From the NCBI GenBank assembly GCA_965208575.1, contig CBDBOV010000004.1:320001-384000 (forward strand): 64,000 bases of DNA. Direction: 5' to 3'. A program made the translations under genes and the position numbers. Below, piece after piece: positions 53,120 to 62,492 of the stretch (positions are counted from its first letter, which is position 1; each line of letters starts with the position of its first letter). This DNA is from Spirochaetia bacterium (GTDB lineage: Bacteria; Spirochaetota; Spirochaetia; SZUA-6; Bin103). Below the pieces are notes generated by a model. The model was given only the letters and a program-made list of their open reading frames with translations. It ran no database searches and was not told the DNA's origin.

Positions 53120-56083
53120 TCAACGTTCTTTCAGGTTCGCCAAGGCGGTACGGGCCCGCTCGTGGTCAGGCGCATGTCGCAGCACCTCCCGCAACTGGAG
53201 CGCCGCCTGTTCATACTCTCCCAGCTTGCTATGGACTATCGCCAGAGAATAGCGCGCATCCACATTGCCGGGGTACAGCTCGAGCACCTTCAGCAACTCC
53301 TCGGTGGCCTGCGCATGCTCCCCGCGGGCATAGTGGATCGTGGCCAGGCTGTAGCGCGCCACCGCGGAGGCGGGGTGAAACTCCAGCACGGACCGGAACA
53401 CAGCCTCGGCATCGTCCAACCTGCCGGCCTTGAGCAGGCCCGCCCCTTCAGTGACTGCGGGCTGGGCGCGTTTCTCGGCGTCGGCAAACTGCTTGGCTTG
53501 GGCAAACTCGAGCAGGTTCGCGATCTTGACGTCGTCGGGGGTGAGTGCCTGGGCGTTCTCCAACTCGGCGATCGAGTTGGAGTAGTCGCGCCCGTAATCG
53601 TGTGCAATTGCCCGCAGGACGTGGGTTCTCGCCCGTGAACGATGCTCCAGGGTCGTCCTGATCCGGGTCTCGGCCATTCCCATGTTCACCACGTAGGGCA
53701 GGACCGGCAGGCTCAACTGGGCGAAGATCTGCAGGACTCTCGGTTCCGTCAGGGGAAATCGCCCCTTCTGGACCGGGTTGTAGTAGGCCAGGTAGGGCCG
53801 GTTGTCGGTACTCACCAGGGAATCGGCAACGTATCCGCTCAGTCTGCTCTCATCGGTAATGAAGCTGCCCAGAACCGTGAATACGTCCTCCAGACCCACT
53901 TCCGCGAGGCTCTCCCGGACCGGCGGGTACGCCAGTTCCTCCTGCAGCAGCTCGTAATCGATCTTGAGCTTCTGTTTCGAGCCGACCAGCAGGGCATGTC
54001 GAGTGGGCTGGGTACTCGCGTACCACACGGTTACGTGCGGGAAGGCCGAGTACAACGTGTTGATCAGAATCTTGAAGGTTTCCTCCGACATGCCATACAT
54101 CGGAAGCCAAACCGAGAATACGCCATCCTCGGACAACCGCTCCCTGGCCAGCTCGAAGTACTCCCGGGAGAACACGTTGGCGTTCTGCTCCGGATGGATC
54201 GTGTCGCTCTCGATGACGTCATATTCCTCCTGCGTAGCCAGGAGATAATTCCTGGCATCATCGATTCTGATCCGCACCTTGGGCTCGTTGAGTATGTCTC
54301 GATTCAGCTCGCGGAAGTAGCGCAGGGCGTCAACTTCGGCAGCGACGATCTCCAGAATATCGAGCCGGTTGATGCGGTGGCGCGTGGCCGCGTAGGATGA
54401 TGCCCCGGTACCCATGCCCAGCAGGAACACGTTGTCCGGATCCTTGCCGGTGGAGGCCTTGTACAGCAGTACCGGCAAGTGCCCCTGCAGCTTCTGCGAC
54501 AGGCGCAGCATCGGCATCGTGCCCGCCACGTTCACGCCATCCACCTCCAACAGCTTGTAGACCTGCTGGTCGGCGGGGTCGGGCGGCAGTTGATGTACGG
54601 TGACCGTAGCGCCGATGCCTTCGTCGTAGAACAGTACCTTGCCGCCCTGTTCGAGATCGCGAAATGGGCGACTGTACAGGCCCAACGGCCTGTCGGTGGG
54701 GACCGCTGCAGCGGCAACCGGGATGATGACCGCGATCGCCGCGACCACGGCCCACTTTGCGGAGCGTCTCATGGACGGGTGTGCAAGCAGTAGGACGATG
54801 CCCAGAACCAGGTTGAGCGACGCCACCAGGATGATACCGTTGGTGATGCCGAGCAACGGAATCATGACGAACCCGGCGGCGATCGACCCCAGGACACTGC
54901 CGACGGTGTTTACCGAGTAGACGTTGCTTACGTACCTGCCCAACCGCTCCCGGTTCTGGCTGTAGATCTTGCTGGCCAGCGGAAACGCAATGCCCATCAG
55001 CAAGGTCGGGATGAACATGATGAGAAACGCGCCGGCATACCGGGCAACCACGAACATCTGCCAGCTCGGTACCCGGTCGGTAAGACTCACCATCAGGTCG
55101 TCCAGCGCCCGGAACTCCCAGATCGACAGGATGGCAAACAACCCGATCAGCACTTCGATGAACGCGAGCCAGCCGAGCTGCCGGTTCCACTTGTCTATGA
55201 GCCTGCCAAAGACGAGGCTGCCCAGCGCTATCCCCAGCAAGAAGCTGGTCAACATTATCGTGAACGCGTAGGTCGTGGAGTGCACGTAGAACACCAGCAC
55301 CCTGGTCCACAGCACCTCGTACGCCAGTGCGCAGAGTCCCGACAACCCGTACACGCCCAGGATGACGAAGTACACGTAGCGGGGATACCGCGGCCGGTCT
55401 GGTGGTCGACTATCGGCGCTCTTGGTGCTTTGCCTGTGTTCCTGATGTTGCAGGGGAGCAAGCCTGCTCAAGCCGAATGCGGCGGCCGCCAGCAGGATGT
55501 TGACCGCCGCGGCGATATAGGTGGTCTCTTTCGCTCCGAACAGGATGATGAAGAAGAACCCGGCGGAGAAGGTGCCGGCCACCGCCCCCAGGGTGTTGGT
55601 GCCGTAGAGGCTGCCTATCCCGGAACCCAACCGGCCAAACTCGCGGACGAACAGCTTGCTCAGAACCGGCAGCGTGCCGCCCATCAGAAATGAAGGAATG
55701 ACCAGGATCAGGAACGAGAGGATGAACCGCAGCAGGCTGAACAGGTAGAAGGTGGCGTCGAAGCGCTGATAGATGGCGACATAGACGGCGGTAACTCCCG
55801 ACAGGATAACGGGAAACAGCAGCGCAAACACGCCGATACCGGCCTCCAGGTACGCGTAGACCTTGAGCGGCTCTCGGTAGCGGTCGGCAAACCGGCCGAA
55901 GCAGAAACTGCCGAGCGCCAATCCGGACATGAAGGATGCCAGGATCGTGGCCGTGGCGAACGCGGTGCTGCCGAACACGAGCACCAGCATCTTGTGCCAG
56001 ACGACTTCATAGACCAGTCCGGTGGCGCCGGAGAGGAAGAACAGGACCAGGACCGCGGCCTGGAACGTACCCCGGCGCCTCAC
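53120..56083 (-). CDS. Fused membrane (MFS-like)/spermidine synthase-like protein with C-terminal TPRs
   Basis: SGATGLVYEVVW twice, LMGGTLP, NTLGAVAG, LGMGTGAS, DDARNYL, YDVIESD, FSREYF and terminal TPR repeats. Confidence 0.9.
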   Translation of the reverse strand: MRRRGTFQAAVLVLFFLSGATGLVYEVVWHKMLVLVFGSTAFATATILASFMSGLALGSFCFGRFADRYREPLKVYAYLEAGIGVFALLFPVILSGVTAVYVAIYQRFDATFYLFSLLRFILSFLILVIPSFLMGGTLPVLSKLFVREFGRLGSGIGSLYGTNTLGAVAGTFSAGFFFIILFGAKETTYIAAAVNILLAAAAFGLSRLAPLQHQEHRQSTKSADSRPPDRPRYPRYVYFVILGVYGLSGLCALAYEVLWTRVLVFYVHSTTYAFTIMLTSFLLGIALGSLVFGRLIDKWNRQLGWLAFIEVLIGLFAILSIWEFRALDDLMVSLTDRVPSWQMFVVARYAGAFLIMFIPTLLMGIAFPLASKIYSQNRERLGRYVSNVYSVNTVGSVLGSIAAGFVMIPLLGITNGIILVASLNLVLGIVLLLAHPSMRRSAKWAVVAAIAVIIPVAAAAVPTDRPLGLYSRPFRDLEQGGKVLFYDEGIGATVTVHQLPPDPADQQVYKLLEVDGVNVAGTMPMLRLSQKLQGHLPVLLYKASTGKDPDNVFLLGMGTGASSYAATRHRINRLDILEIVAAEVDALRYFRELNRDILNEPKVRIRIDDARNYLLATQEEYDVIESDTIHPEQNANVFSREYFELARERLSEDGVFSVWLPMYGMSEETFKILINTLYSAFPHVTVWYASTQPTRHALLVGSKQKLKIDYELLQEELAYPPVRESLAEVGLEDVFTVLGSFITDESRLSGYVADSLVSTDNRPYLAYYNPVQKGRFPLTEPRVLQIFAQLSLPVLPYVVNMGMAETRIRTTLEHRSRARTHVLRAIAHDYGRDYSNSIAELENAQALTPDDVKIANLLEFAQAKQFADAEKRAQPAVTEGAGLLKAGRLDDAEAVFRSVLEFHPASAVARYSLATIHYARGEHAQATEELLKVLELYPGNVDARYSLAIVHSKLGEYEQAALQLREVLRHAPDHERARTALANLKER

Positions 56084-56118
56084 GGGCCCACTATCACCTA
56101 CCGGTCAGAGCGCGGCAA

Positions 56119-57018
56119 TCAGCGCCCGCCGCCCCGGAGCCGCGGATCGAGCAGGTCGCGGACGGCGTCGCCGAACATGTTCAGACTGTAGATGGTGACG
56201 GTCAGGCACAGACCAGGCCACAGCGCCAGCCGCGGCGCCAGCTCCATGTACTTGCGCCCGTCCCGGCTGAGCATGCCTCCCCAGTCGGGAATGTTGGGCG
56301 GCAGGCCGTAGCCGAGGAAGCCCAGCGAGGCCAGCGCCATGATCACGCCGCCGATGCTGGTGCTGAACGAAATGATGATGACCGGCATGATATTGGGCAC
56401 GACATGCCGTATGAGAGACCGCCATCTCGGCGAGCCGATCGCTTCCGCCACGTCGAAGTAGACGTTCTCCTTGATACCGATGACCGCGCCCCTGATTACC
56501 CGGGCGCCGCCGATGCCTCCCGATATCCCCATCACCAGTATGATCTGCAGGAGCCCCTTGCCCACGATGGCCATCATCGTCAGCAGCAGAAGCAACCCGG
56601 GAAAGGCGTTCCAGGCATCGACGAATCTCTGCACGGTCAGGTCCAGCTTGCCGCCGACGAATCCCGATACGCCGCCGATCAGGGTACTGACCACGATGCT
56701 GATGGTGGTCACGGCCAGCCCGACAAGCACGGAGATGCGGGCCCCGAAAATGAGGCGGCTGAGCAGGTCCCGTCCGGCCTGGTCGGTGCCCAGCAGGTAG
56801 TTGGCCGATGGGCCCTGAAGCCGGTCTATCAGGTGTATTTCGTTATATGGGTAGGGGGAAACGTAACCGCCGAAGACCGCCACCAGGAGCAGCAGCAGGA
56901 TGACCACTCCGCTGGCAAAACCGAGCGGCTTCTCCTTGACCAGCCTGACGAAGAAACTGGCCACCGCGCTCCGTCTCCTCGGCGCACGCACGTCGGCGGA
57001 TTGCACCTGTGGCATCAC
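56119..57018 (-). CDS. dppC: Peptide/nickel-type ABC permease (DppC-like), copy 1
   Basis: LLGTDQAGRD, GARISV, EAIG, HVVPN, LGFLGYG, PDWGGML and NMFGDAVRDLLDPR. Confidence 0.92.
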   Translation of the reverse strand: MMPQVQSADVRAPRRRSAVASFFVRLVKEKPLGFASGVVILLLLLVAVFGGYVSPYPYNEIHLIDRLQGPSANYLLGTDQAGRDLLSRLIFGARISVLVGLAVTTISIVVSTLIGGVSGFVGGKLDLTVQRFVDAWNAFPGLLLLLTMMAIVGKGLLQIILVMGISGGIGGARVIRGAVIGIKENVYFDVAEAIGSPRWRSLIRHVVPNIMPVIIISFSTSIGGVIMALASLGFLGYGLPPNIPDWGGMLSRDGRKYMELAPRLALWPGLCLTVTIYSLNMFGDAVRDLLDPRLRGGGR

Positions 57019-57971
57019 TGGTAGCGAATCCGCGGATCAAAGTAGGGATAGAGCATGTCGATGAGGAGGGCGCTCAGCAGCACCGCGGAAGCCAGAATCA
57101 GGTTTATGGCGGAGACGACCGGGTAGTCTCTGAAATCGAGGGCCTCGATGAACAGACGGCCTATCCCCGGCAGCACGAATATCTCCTCCAGGATGACCGA
57201 CCCACCGATCAGCAGCGGGAGCTGCATGCCGATCAGGGTAAGCACCGGGATGAACGCGTTCTTGGTGGCGTGTCTGATGATGACCACTCTCTCCTTGAGG
57301 CCCTTCGACCAAGCCGTCCTGATGTAGTCCTGCCGGAGCACCTCCAGCATCATGGTGCGCGTCATCCGCATGGTGGCGGCCGACATGGCCGTGCCCAGAA
57401 TCAACGCCGGGATGAAGAACATCCCGAGATTTCCCAACGGGTCTTGCTTGAACTTGATCAACTCCACCGGCGGCGACCAGCCCCACCAGATTGCCGGGTA
57501 CAGCATGACCATCATGCCCAGCCAGAAGTTCGGGGTCGCCATGCCGATGACGGCCGCGGTACGCCCCACGTAGTCGGCGGCGGTATCCTGGCGGACCGCC
57601 GAATAGACGCCGACCGGCAGCGCGATGACGAGACCGATTACGATTGCCATGACACCAAGCTGAATGGATACCGGCAACCTCCCCGCGATCCGCTCCCCTA
57701 TCGGCCAACCACCGAACAGCGATTCGCCAAAGCTGCCGCGCAGGAGAATATCTCCTATCCAGCGTCCATACTGCACGTGGACGGGGACGTCCAATCCCAT
57801 CATCTGCCGGACAAGGTCCTCGTCGATTACTCCCCCTTCCCACCACATCGCGTCCGCTATCAGGTCTACGATATCGCCCGGGATGAAGCGCACGGCGAGG
57901 AAGACAATCGCGGTCAATATGAACATGGTGGGAATCAGGAGGAGCAACCGCCTGATCAGATAGGCTCTCAT
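57015..57971 (-). CDS. dppB: Peptide/nickel-type ABC permease (DppB-like), copy 1
   Basis: PGD, PNFWLG, RTMMLEVLRQDYIRTAWSKGL, KNAFIP and RDYPVV. Confidence 0.93.
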   Translation of the reverse strand: MRAYLIRRLLLLIPTMFILTAIVFLAVRFIPGDIVDLIADAMWWEGGVIDEDLVRQMMGLDVPVHVQYGRWIGDILLRGSFGESLFGGWPIGERIAGRLPVSIQLGVMAIVIGLVIALPVGVYSAVRQDTAADYVGRTAAVIGMATPNFWLGMMVMLYPAIWWGWSPPVELIKFKQDPLGNLGMFFIPALILGTAMSAATMRMTRTMMLEVLRQDYIRTAWSKGLKERVVIIRHATKNAFIPVLTLIGMQLPLLIGGSVILEEIFVLPGIGRLFIEALDFRDYPVVSAINLILASAVLLSALLIDMLYPYFDPRIRYQ

Positions 57972-58045
57972 GTGACACGCCTCGAGCACGGAGCCGGGAA
58001 GCGTGCGTGCAAGCGACCGCCTCCCAGCTCCGCAGCAGTAAACTA

Positions 58046-59848
58046 CTAATTCCCCGTCGACGCCTCCTTCAGTTCACTGTCGATCCAGAGGCGAGCGAAG
58101 AACGAATTACGTTCACCGAGTCCCATACTTGATTCACCGGAGAAGCTCTGCACCCACGGCTGATTCACGCTGAACCTGGGGGAGATCGATTTTACCAGGC
58201 CGAAGTGCTCCCGTACGGTGATCTCATCGGCTTCTCTGATAATACTCTGAAGCTCCTCGAGCTCGATGCTGGCCATGGCGGCGTCGTGCAGCTCCTTCAG
58301 ACGCGTGCACTGTGCCTTGGTGTAGCTGAAGTCATTGAGATTCTGGCACACGGAATCGATAATGTTTTGCCGTAGGAAATTTCCATATCCGCCACTCAGA
58401 AGCTCCCACTCAGCCGTCTCGGCCCGGTTCCGAGCTCCTGACTCAGCGGTAGTCTGCACGACCAGCTCGCCGGCCACGCCGATGGCTTCGAAGTACCCGA
58501 TGATCAGCTCGGGATGGGTCGGTTCGAACCGGTCGTGCAGGGCCAGCTTGACCTTGAACCTGATGCCGTCGGCGCCGCGCGGATACCCGGCCTGATCGAG
58601 CAGCGCTTCGGCGTCTTCCGGCCGATACTCGTACTCACGTTTCACATCTTCCGGCCACTCTTCATATGGCCAGGCCGAACCGGTCTGAGACTGCAGCAAC
58701 AAACCATACGGTGCCGGTCTTCCATGACCCCTGAAGTAGGTTTCGGAGATCGTCTCGCGGTCCACTGCCATCTGCAGTGCCTTGCGTACTAAGACGTCGT
58801 CGGTAGGCGACATCGCATGGTTGAACAGGAAAATGCCGTCCGGTCCCCGATACAGAGACCAGACTTCGATTTCGGGGTTGGTTCTCTGCAGCGTCTCCAG
58901 ATCGTCGATGGAGTAAATGGCGGCATCTCCGGTGTTGCTCATGATGTCGACCTTCGCCGTGCGCAGGGCCGCCAGACGCGTCGACATGTCCGGCATGAGG
59001 AGGGCTCGGTAGGTGTCGATGTAGGGCAGGCGGTTGTCCGGAAACTTCTCGTCGAAGCCCCAGTAGTTGGGGTTCTTCTCCCAGGTCGCGGAACTGCCCT
59101 CCACGTAATCGACCAGCATCAAGGGTCCGGTGCCGACCAGGGTCTTCCAGTCCTTGGCGTCGCCGTATTTCTCGACCTGCTCGGGGGCGTGCACGTAATA
59201 GTAGTTGCGCAGCATTTTCCCCAACACGTCGTATCCAGGCTTCGCCAGCTTGATCTCGACCGTCCAGTCGTCGGTGGCCGTTACCGATTCGATGTCCACA
59301 CCCATGGTGATCGCGCTGACCGCGGCGTTCGGGCCGTCCTCGGTGAAGTCGCCCATGCCGAGATAGCGGTGATAGTTCCACACGATGTCATGGGCATCGA
59401 GCTGCCGACCGTTCATCGGCTCCTTGTCATGCCAGTGAACGCCCTGACGGATGTTCCAGATGAACGTCAGGTCATCGGGCATCGACCAGCTTTCCGCCAG
59501 ATTTCCCTTGGAGACCTCGGGCCGGTCACTCTGAGTACCATCCCAGATGTCCCTGCTCACCGCCCAGTTGATGTGGGTCATCTTCTCGGAAACGCCACTG
59601 ATGAAGTGCATCGCCCAGCCGAGATTCCACCAGTTGTCGGGACTCGGAGGAAACACCGTGGTGGGCCAGGTGAGGGTCCCGCCATACTCGGGCGCGGTCA
59701 GCATCCTGCCGGTGGACGGGTCGAGCACCATCTCCTTGTCGGTCGCGGCTGCCGACCCCTCCTCCGCGCCGCTTGCCCAGACGCCGGTTGCGCTCAGAAT
59801 CAGGACCAGCGCAACCGCGAAGGTCATTCGAGTCATCGCAATATTCAT
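58046..59848 (-). CDS. ABC substrate-binding protein, family 5
   Basis: Signal peptide ending WASGAEE, PEYGGT, LAESW, IRQGVHWHD, GTGP, NPNYW, RLPYID, VRKALQMAVDR and ALLDQAGY. Confidence 0.92.
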   Translation of the reverse strand: MNIAMTRMTFAVALVLILSATGVWASGAEEGSAAATDKEMVLDPSTGRMLTAPEYGGTLTWPTTVFPPSPDNWWNLGWAMHFISGVSEKMTHINWAVSRDIWDGTQSDRPEVSKGNLAESWSMPDDLTFIWNIRQGVHWHDKEPMNGRQLDAHDIVWNYHRYLGMGDFTEDGPNAAVSAITMGVDIESVTATDDWTVEIKLAKPGYDVLGKMLRNYYYVHAPEQVEKYGDAKDWKTLVGTGPLMLVDYVEGSSATWEKNPNYWGFDEKFPDNRLPYIDTYRALLMPDMSTRLAALRTAKVDIMSNTGDAAIYSIDDLETLQRTNPEIEVWSLYRGPDGIFLFNHAMSPTDDVLVRKALQMAVDRETISETYFRGHGRPAPYGLLLQSQTGSAWPYEEWPEDVKREYEYRPEDAEALLDQAGYPRGADGIRFKVKLALHDRFEPTHPELIIGYFEAIGVAGELVVQTTAESGARNRAETAEWELLSGGYGNFLRQNIIDSVCQNLNDFSYTKAQCTRLKELHDAAMASIELEELQSIIREADEITVREHFGLVKSISPRFSVNQPWVQSFSGESSMGLGERNSFFARLWIDSELKEASTGN

Positions 59849-59956
59849 GCGTTTCTCCGTATGTGGATTGTTCGAGAGTATTGCGGAGCGGATTGCCGCT
59901 CACTGGCTGCTCTCGGGCCCGCAACGCGGACCGCCAGTCTGAGTCAGATTCCGAAA

Positions 59957-60004
59957 GCGCGCGGCGTGTGACTCACCGGGTTGGCCCGGGCTCACGCCGC
60001 GCGC
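59957..60004 (-). other. Strong hairpin in the long 5' leader (possible attenuator or terminator)
   Basis: Perfect 12-bp stem GCGCGCGGCGTG/CACGCCGCGCGC with an inner CCGGG/CCCGG stem, followed by TTT on the - strand. Confidence 0.5.
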
Positions 60005-60260
60005 GCGTGCGGTTCTTTCAGTATCATCCTCACATCCTTCCTGGGCACAGGGTGCCCGGGGCACGGGGTGCCCGCCGGATGCCTGACGCAAGAGGGGATC
60101 CGCGTGTGCGGCGCTCGTCCGGAGCGGTTAGTTGTTTCTCGTATAAAGAGTTGCGGGGGGCGGGGGCGGGCGGGGACACACCGGTCCGTTCAACCGGTGG
60201 CGCCTTCAGGTGCTTACGACAACGTATCGTCCACATCAGCCAGATCTCCAGCCAACAGCC

Positions 60261-60289
60261 ACCATAATCCACGCGCGACGAGCTGTCAA
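60261..60289 (-). promoter_or_regulatory. Near-consensus sigma70 promoter
   Basis: TTGACA-17 bp-TATGGT pointing toward the binding-protein gene, about 410 bp upstream of its ATG. Confidence 0.6.
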
Positions 60290-60484
60290 GCTCTCTTTCT
60301 CGGGCTGGCCAAGGCTGGAGCACGGCGGGCGGATCGGGTGGCAACCGTCACCCGGCGCGGGGAGGATGGGCGGTATCTCGGCGCTCGCCGTTCGTTGCCC
60401 GGCTAGCGCCCCGAAATCCCCGCCTGCGGCGGCGCTTCCGGCCCAACCGGCCTACTTAGGAGCCTGCCGGAATCCGACAGGCTC

Positions 60485-61384
60485 CTAGGTCGCGCCGCGC
60501 AACCGCGGGTCGAGAAGGTCGCGCAGGGCGTCGCCGAACATGTTGAGACTGTAAACGGTAATAGTCAGGCAAAGACCAGGCCAAAGAGCCAGCCATGGCC
60601 CCTGTTCCATGTATCTGCGCCCTTCCCTGCTAAGCAGCCCGCCCCACTCAGGAATCTCCAATGGCAGACCGAATCCGAGGAAGCTCAGAGCGGCCACACT
60701 CAGGATTACGCCCCCGATGCTGATGCTGAATGTGATGATTACGATAGGCATAATATTGGGCAGGACATGTCGGATTAGTGTTCTCCCTTTCGAGCTGCCA
60801 ATCGCCGCCGCTGCCTGAAAATAGACATTCTCTTTGACACCAATAACCGCGCCTCTGACTGTTCTTGAGCCGACGATGCCTCCTGTTATCCCCAGGACCA
60901 CTATCATCTGTGGCATGCCCCGCCCCACTATGGACATTACGGTCAACAACAGGAGCAGTCCCGGGAAAGCCATCCAGGCATCGACAAATCTCTGCACCAC
61001 CAGGTCCAGTTTACCGCCAACGAATCCCGAAATGCCGCCTATCAGGACAGCGACCACAACATTGAGAGCGGTCGCCGCCAGACCGACAAGTAACGAAATG
61101 CGAGCTCCGTAGATGAGGCGGCTCAAAAAGTCTCGCCCCAAGTGGTCGGTACCCAGGAGATACTGGGCTGATGAGCCCTGAAGCCTGTCTACTACGTGTT
61201 GTTCCCAATAAGGATAAGGAGCCAGGACATCGGCAAAGATAGCCACAAGAATCAATAGCAATACGATAATCCCGCTGGCAGTACCCATCGGCTTCTCCTT
61301 CCACAGCCTGATGAAGAAATCAGCCAGCCCGGTACGTCTCTTTGGATCGCTTGCTGTTGATGGTATTCCTAGGTCGCTACTCAT
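60485..61384 (-). CDS. dppC: Peptide/nickel-type ABC permease (DppC-like), copy 2
   Basis: LLGTDHLGRD, GARISL, HVLPN, PEWGGLL and NMFGDALRDLLDPR. Confidence 0.92.
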   Translation of the reverse strand: MSSDLGIPSTASDPKRRTGLADFFIRLWKEKPMGTASGIIVLLLILVAIFADVLAPYPYWEQHVVDRLQGSSAQYLLGTDHLGRDFLSRLIYGARISLLVGLAATALNVVVAVLIGGISGFVGGKLDLVVQRFVDAWMAFPGLLLLLTVMSIVGRGMPQMIVVLGITGGIVGSRTVRGAVIGVKENVYFQAAAAIGSSKGRTLIRHVLPNIMPIVIITFSISIGGVILSVAALSFLGFGLPLEIPEWGGLLSREGRRYMEQGPWLALWPGLCLTITVYSLNMFGDALRDLLDPRLRGAT

Positions 61385-61394
61385 ACTCGCTCTT

Positions 61395-62348
61395 CTATTT
61401 ATAACGGACCCTGGGATCCAAAACAGGATACATCAGGTCGATCAATAGATTGATCCCCATAACCATAGTGGCGAAAAACAAGTTTACTCCTGAGACCACC
61501 GGGTAGTCTCTGTCTTCGAGCGCCCCCACCATGAGACGACCGAGCCCCGGCAGGTTGAATATGTTCTCCATGATAACGGAGCCGCCTACCAGGATAGGCA
61601 TCTGCAGGCCGATCAGGGTAACTACCGGGATGAGCGCATTCTTGACGGCGTGTCTGACAATGACGACCCTCTCCTTCAGCCCCTTGGACCAGGCCGTCCT
61701 GATGTAGTCCTGCCTGAGCACCTCCAGCATCATGGTGCGGGTCATCCGCATGGCGGCTGCAGAAAGGTAGGTCCCAAGAATCAAGCTGGGAATTATGAAC
61801 ACGCCGAGATTCCCCAGCGGGTCTTCCGTGAGAGGAACCCACTGCATCGGTGGCGACCAGCCCCACCAGATTGCCGGGTAGAGCATGACCATCAGGGCTA
61901 GCCAGAAGTTAGGCGTTGCCAGGCCGATGATGGCAACCGAGCGCCCCAGGTAATCGGCGGCCGTATCTTGACGAATCGCGGAGTAGATGCCGACGGGCAG
62001 GGCTATCACCAGCCCGATCGCGATCGCCAGGACTCCAAGTTCAATGGTTACCGGCAATCTATCCAATATCTTTTCCTCCACCGAAGAAGCGCCGCCAAAC
62101 AGTGATTTGCCAAGGGTGCCGTGCAGGATAATACCTTCCATCCAGCGTCCGTACTGCACGTACAAAGGCACGTCCAATCCCAGCTCCCGCTCCAGAGCTT
62201 CACGGTCTCCCTCGCCAACCGCGTACTCCATACTCATTAGGTCTATTGCATCGCCGGGGATGAAGCGGACCGAGAGAAAGACCAGTACGGTCAATATAAG
62301 CAAGCTAGGGACTATCAGCAATAAGCGCCTGATGATATAGGCTCTCAT
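61395..62348 (-). CDS. dppB: Peptide/nickel-type ABC permease (DppB-like), copy 2
   Basis: PGD, PNFWLA, RTMMLEVLRQDYIRTAWSKGL and RDYPVV. Confidence 0.93.
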   Translation of the reverse strand: MRAYIIRRLLLIVPSLLILTVLVFLSVRFIPGDAIDLMSMEYAVGEGDREALERELGLDVPLYVQYGRWMEGIILHGTLGKSLFGGASSVEEKILDRLPVTIELGVLAIAIGLVIALPVGIYSAIRQDTAADYLGRSVAIIGLATPNFWLALMVMLYPAIWWGWSPPMQWVPLTEDPLGNLGVFIIPSLILGTYLSAAAMRMTRTMMLEVLRQDYIRTAWSKGLKERVVIVRHAVKNALIPVVTLIGLQMPILVGGSVIMENIFNLPGLGRLMVGALEDRDYPVVSGVNLFFATMVMGINLLIDLMYPVLDPRVRYK

Positions 62349-62422
62349 GTGATACTTCCCCCTGTCACCGGGAGCCCTTCTACTGAAGGCGCGGCACTGT
62401 CGTCGCCCTCTCCAGGAGTATC

Positions 62423-62455
62423 GGGAGCGGGCAGGTTTGAACCTCCCCGGCTCCC
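62423..62455. other. Intercistronic hairpin between the binding-protein and dppB genes
   Basis: GGGAGCGGGCAGGTT-TG-AACCTCCCCGGCTCCC, an imperfect stem. Confidence 0.4.
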
Positions 62456-62492
62456 TCTTTCCCTCAGGTCAGTAACAAGGGGCAATGAACCC

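Noticed and set aside
59849-60260. Known riboswitch (cobalamin, TPP, SAM, FMN, glycine) or tRNA
   Set aside because: I could not find their conserved cores or a cloverleaf by eye. Kept only as an unknown structured leader.
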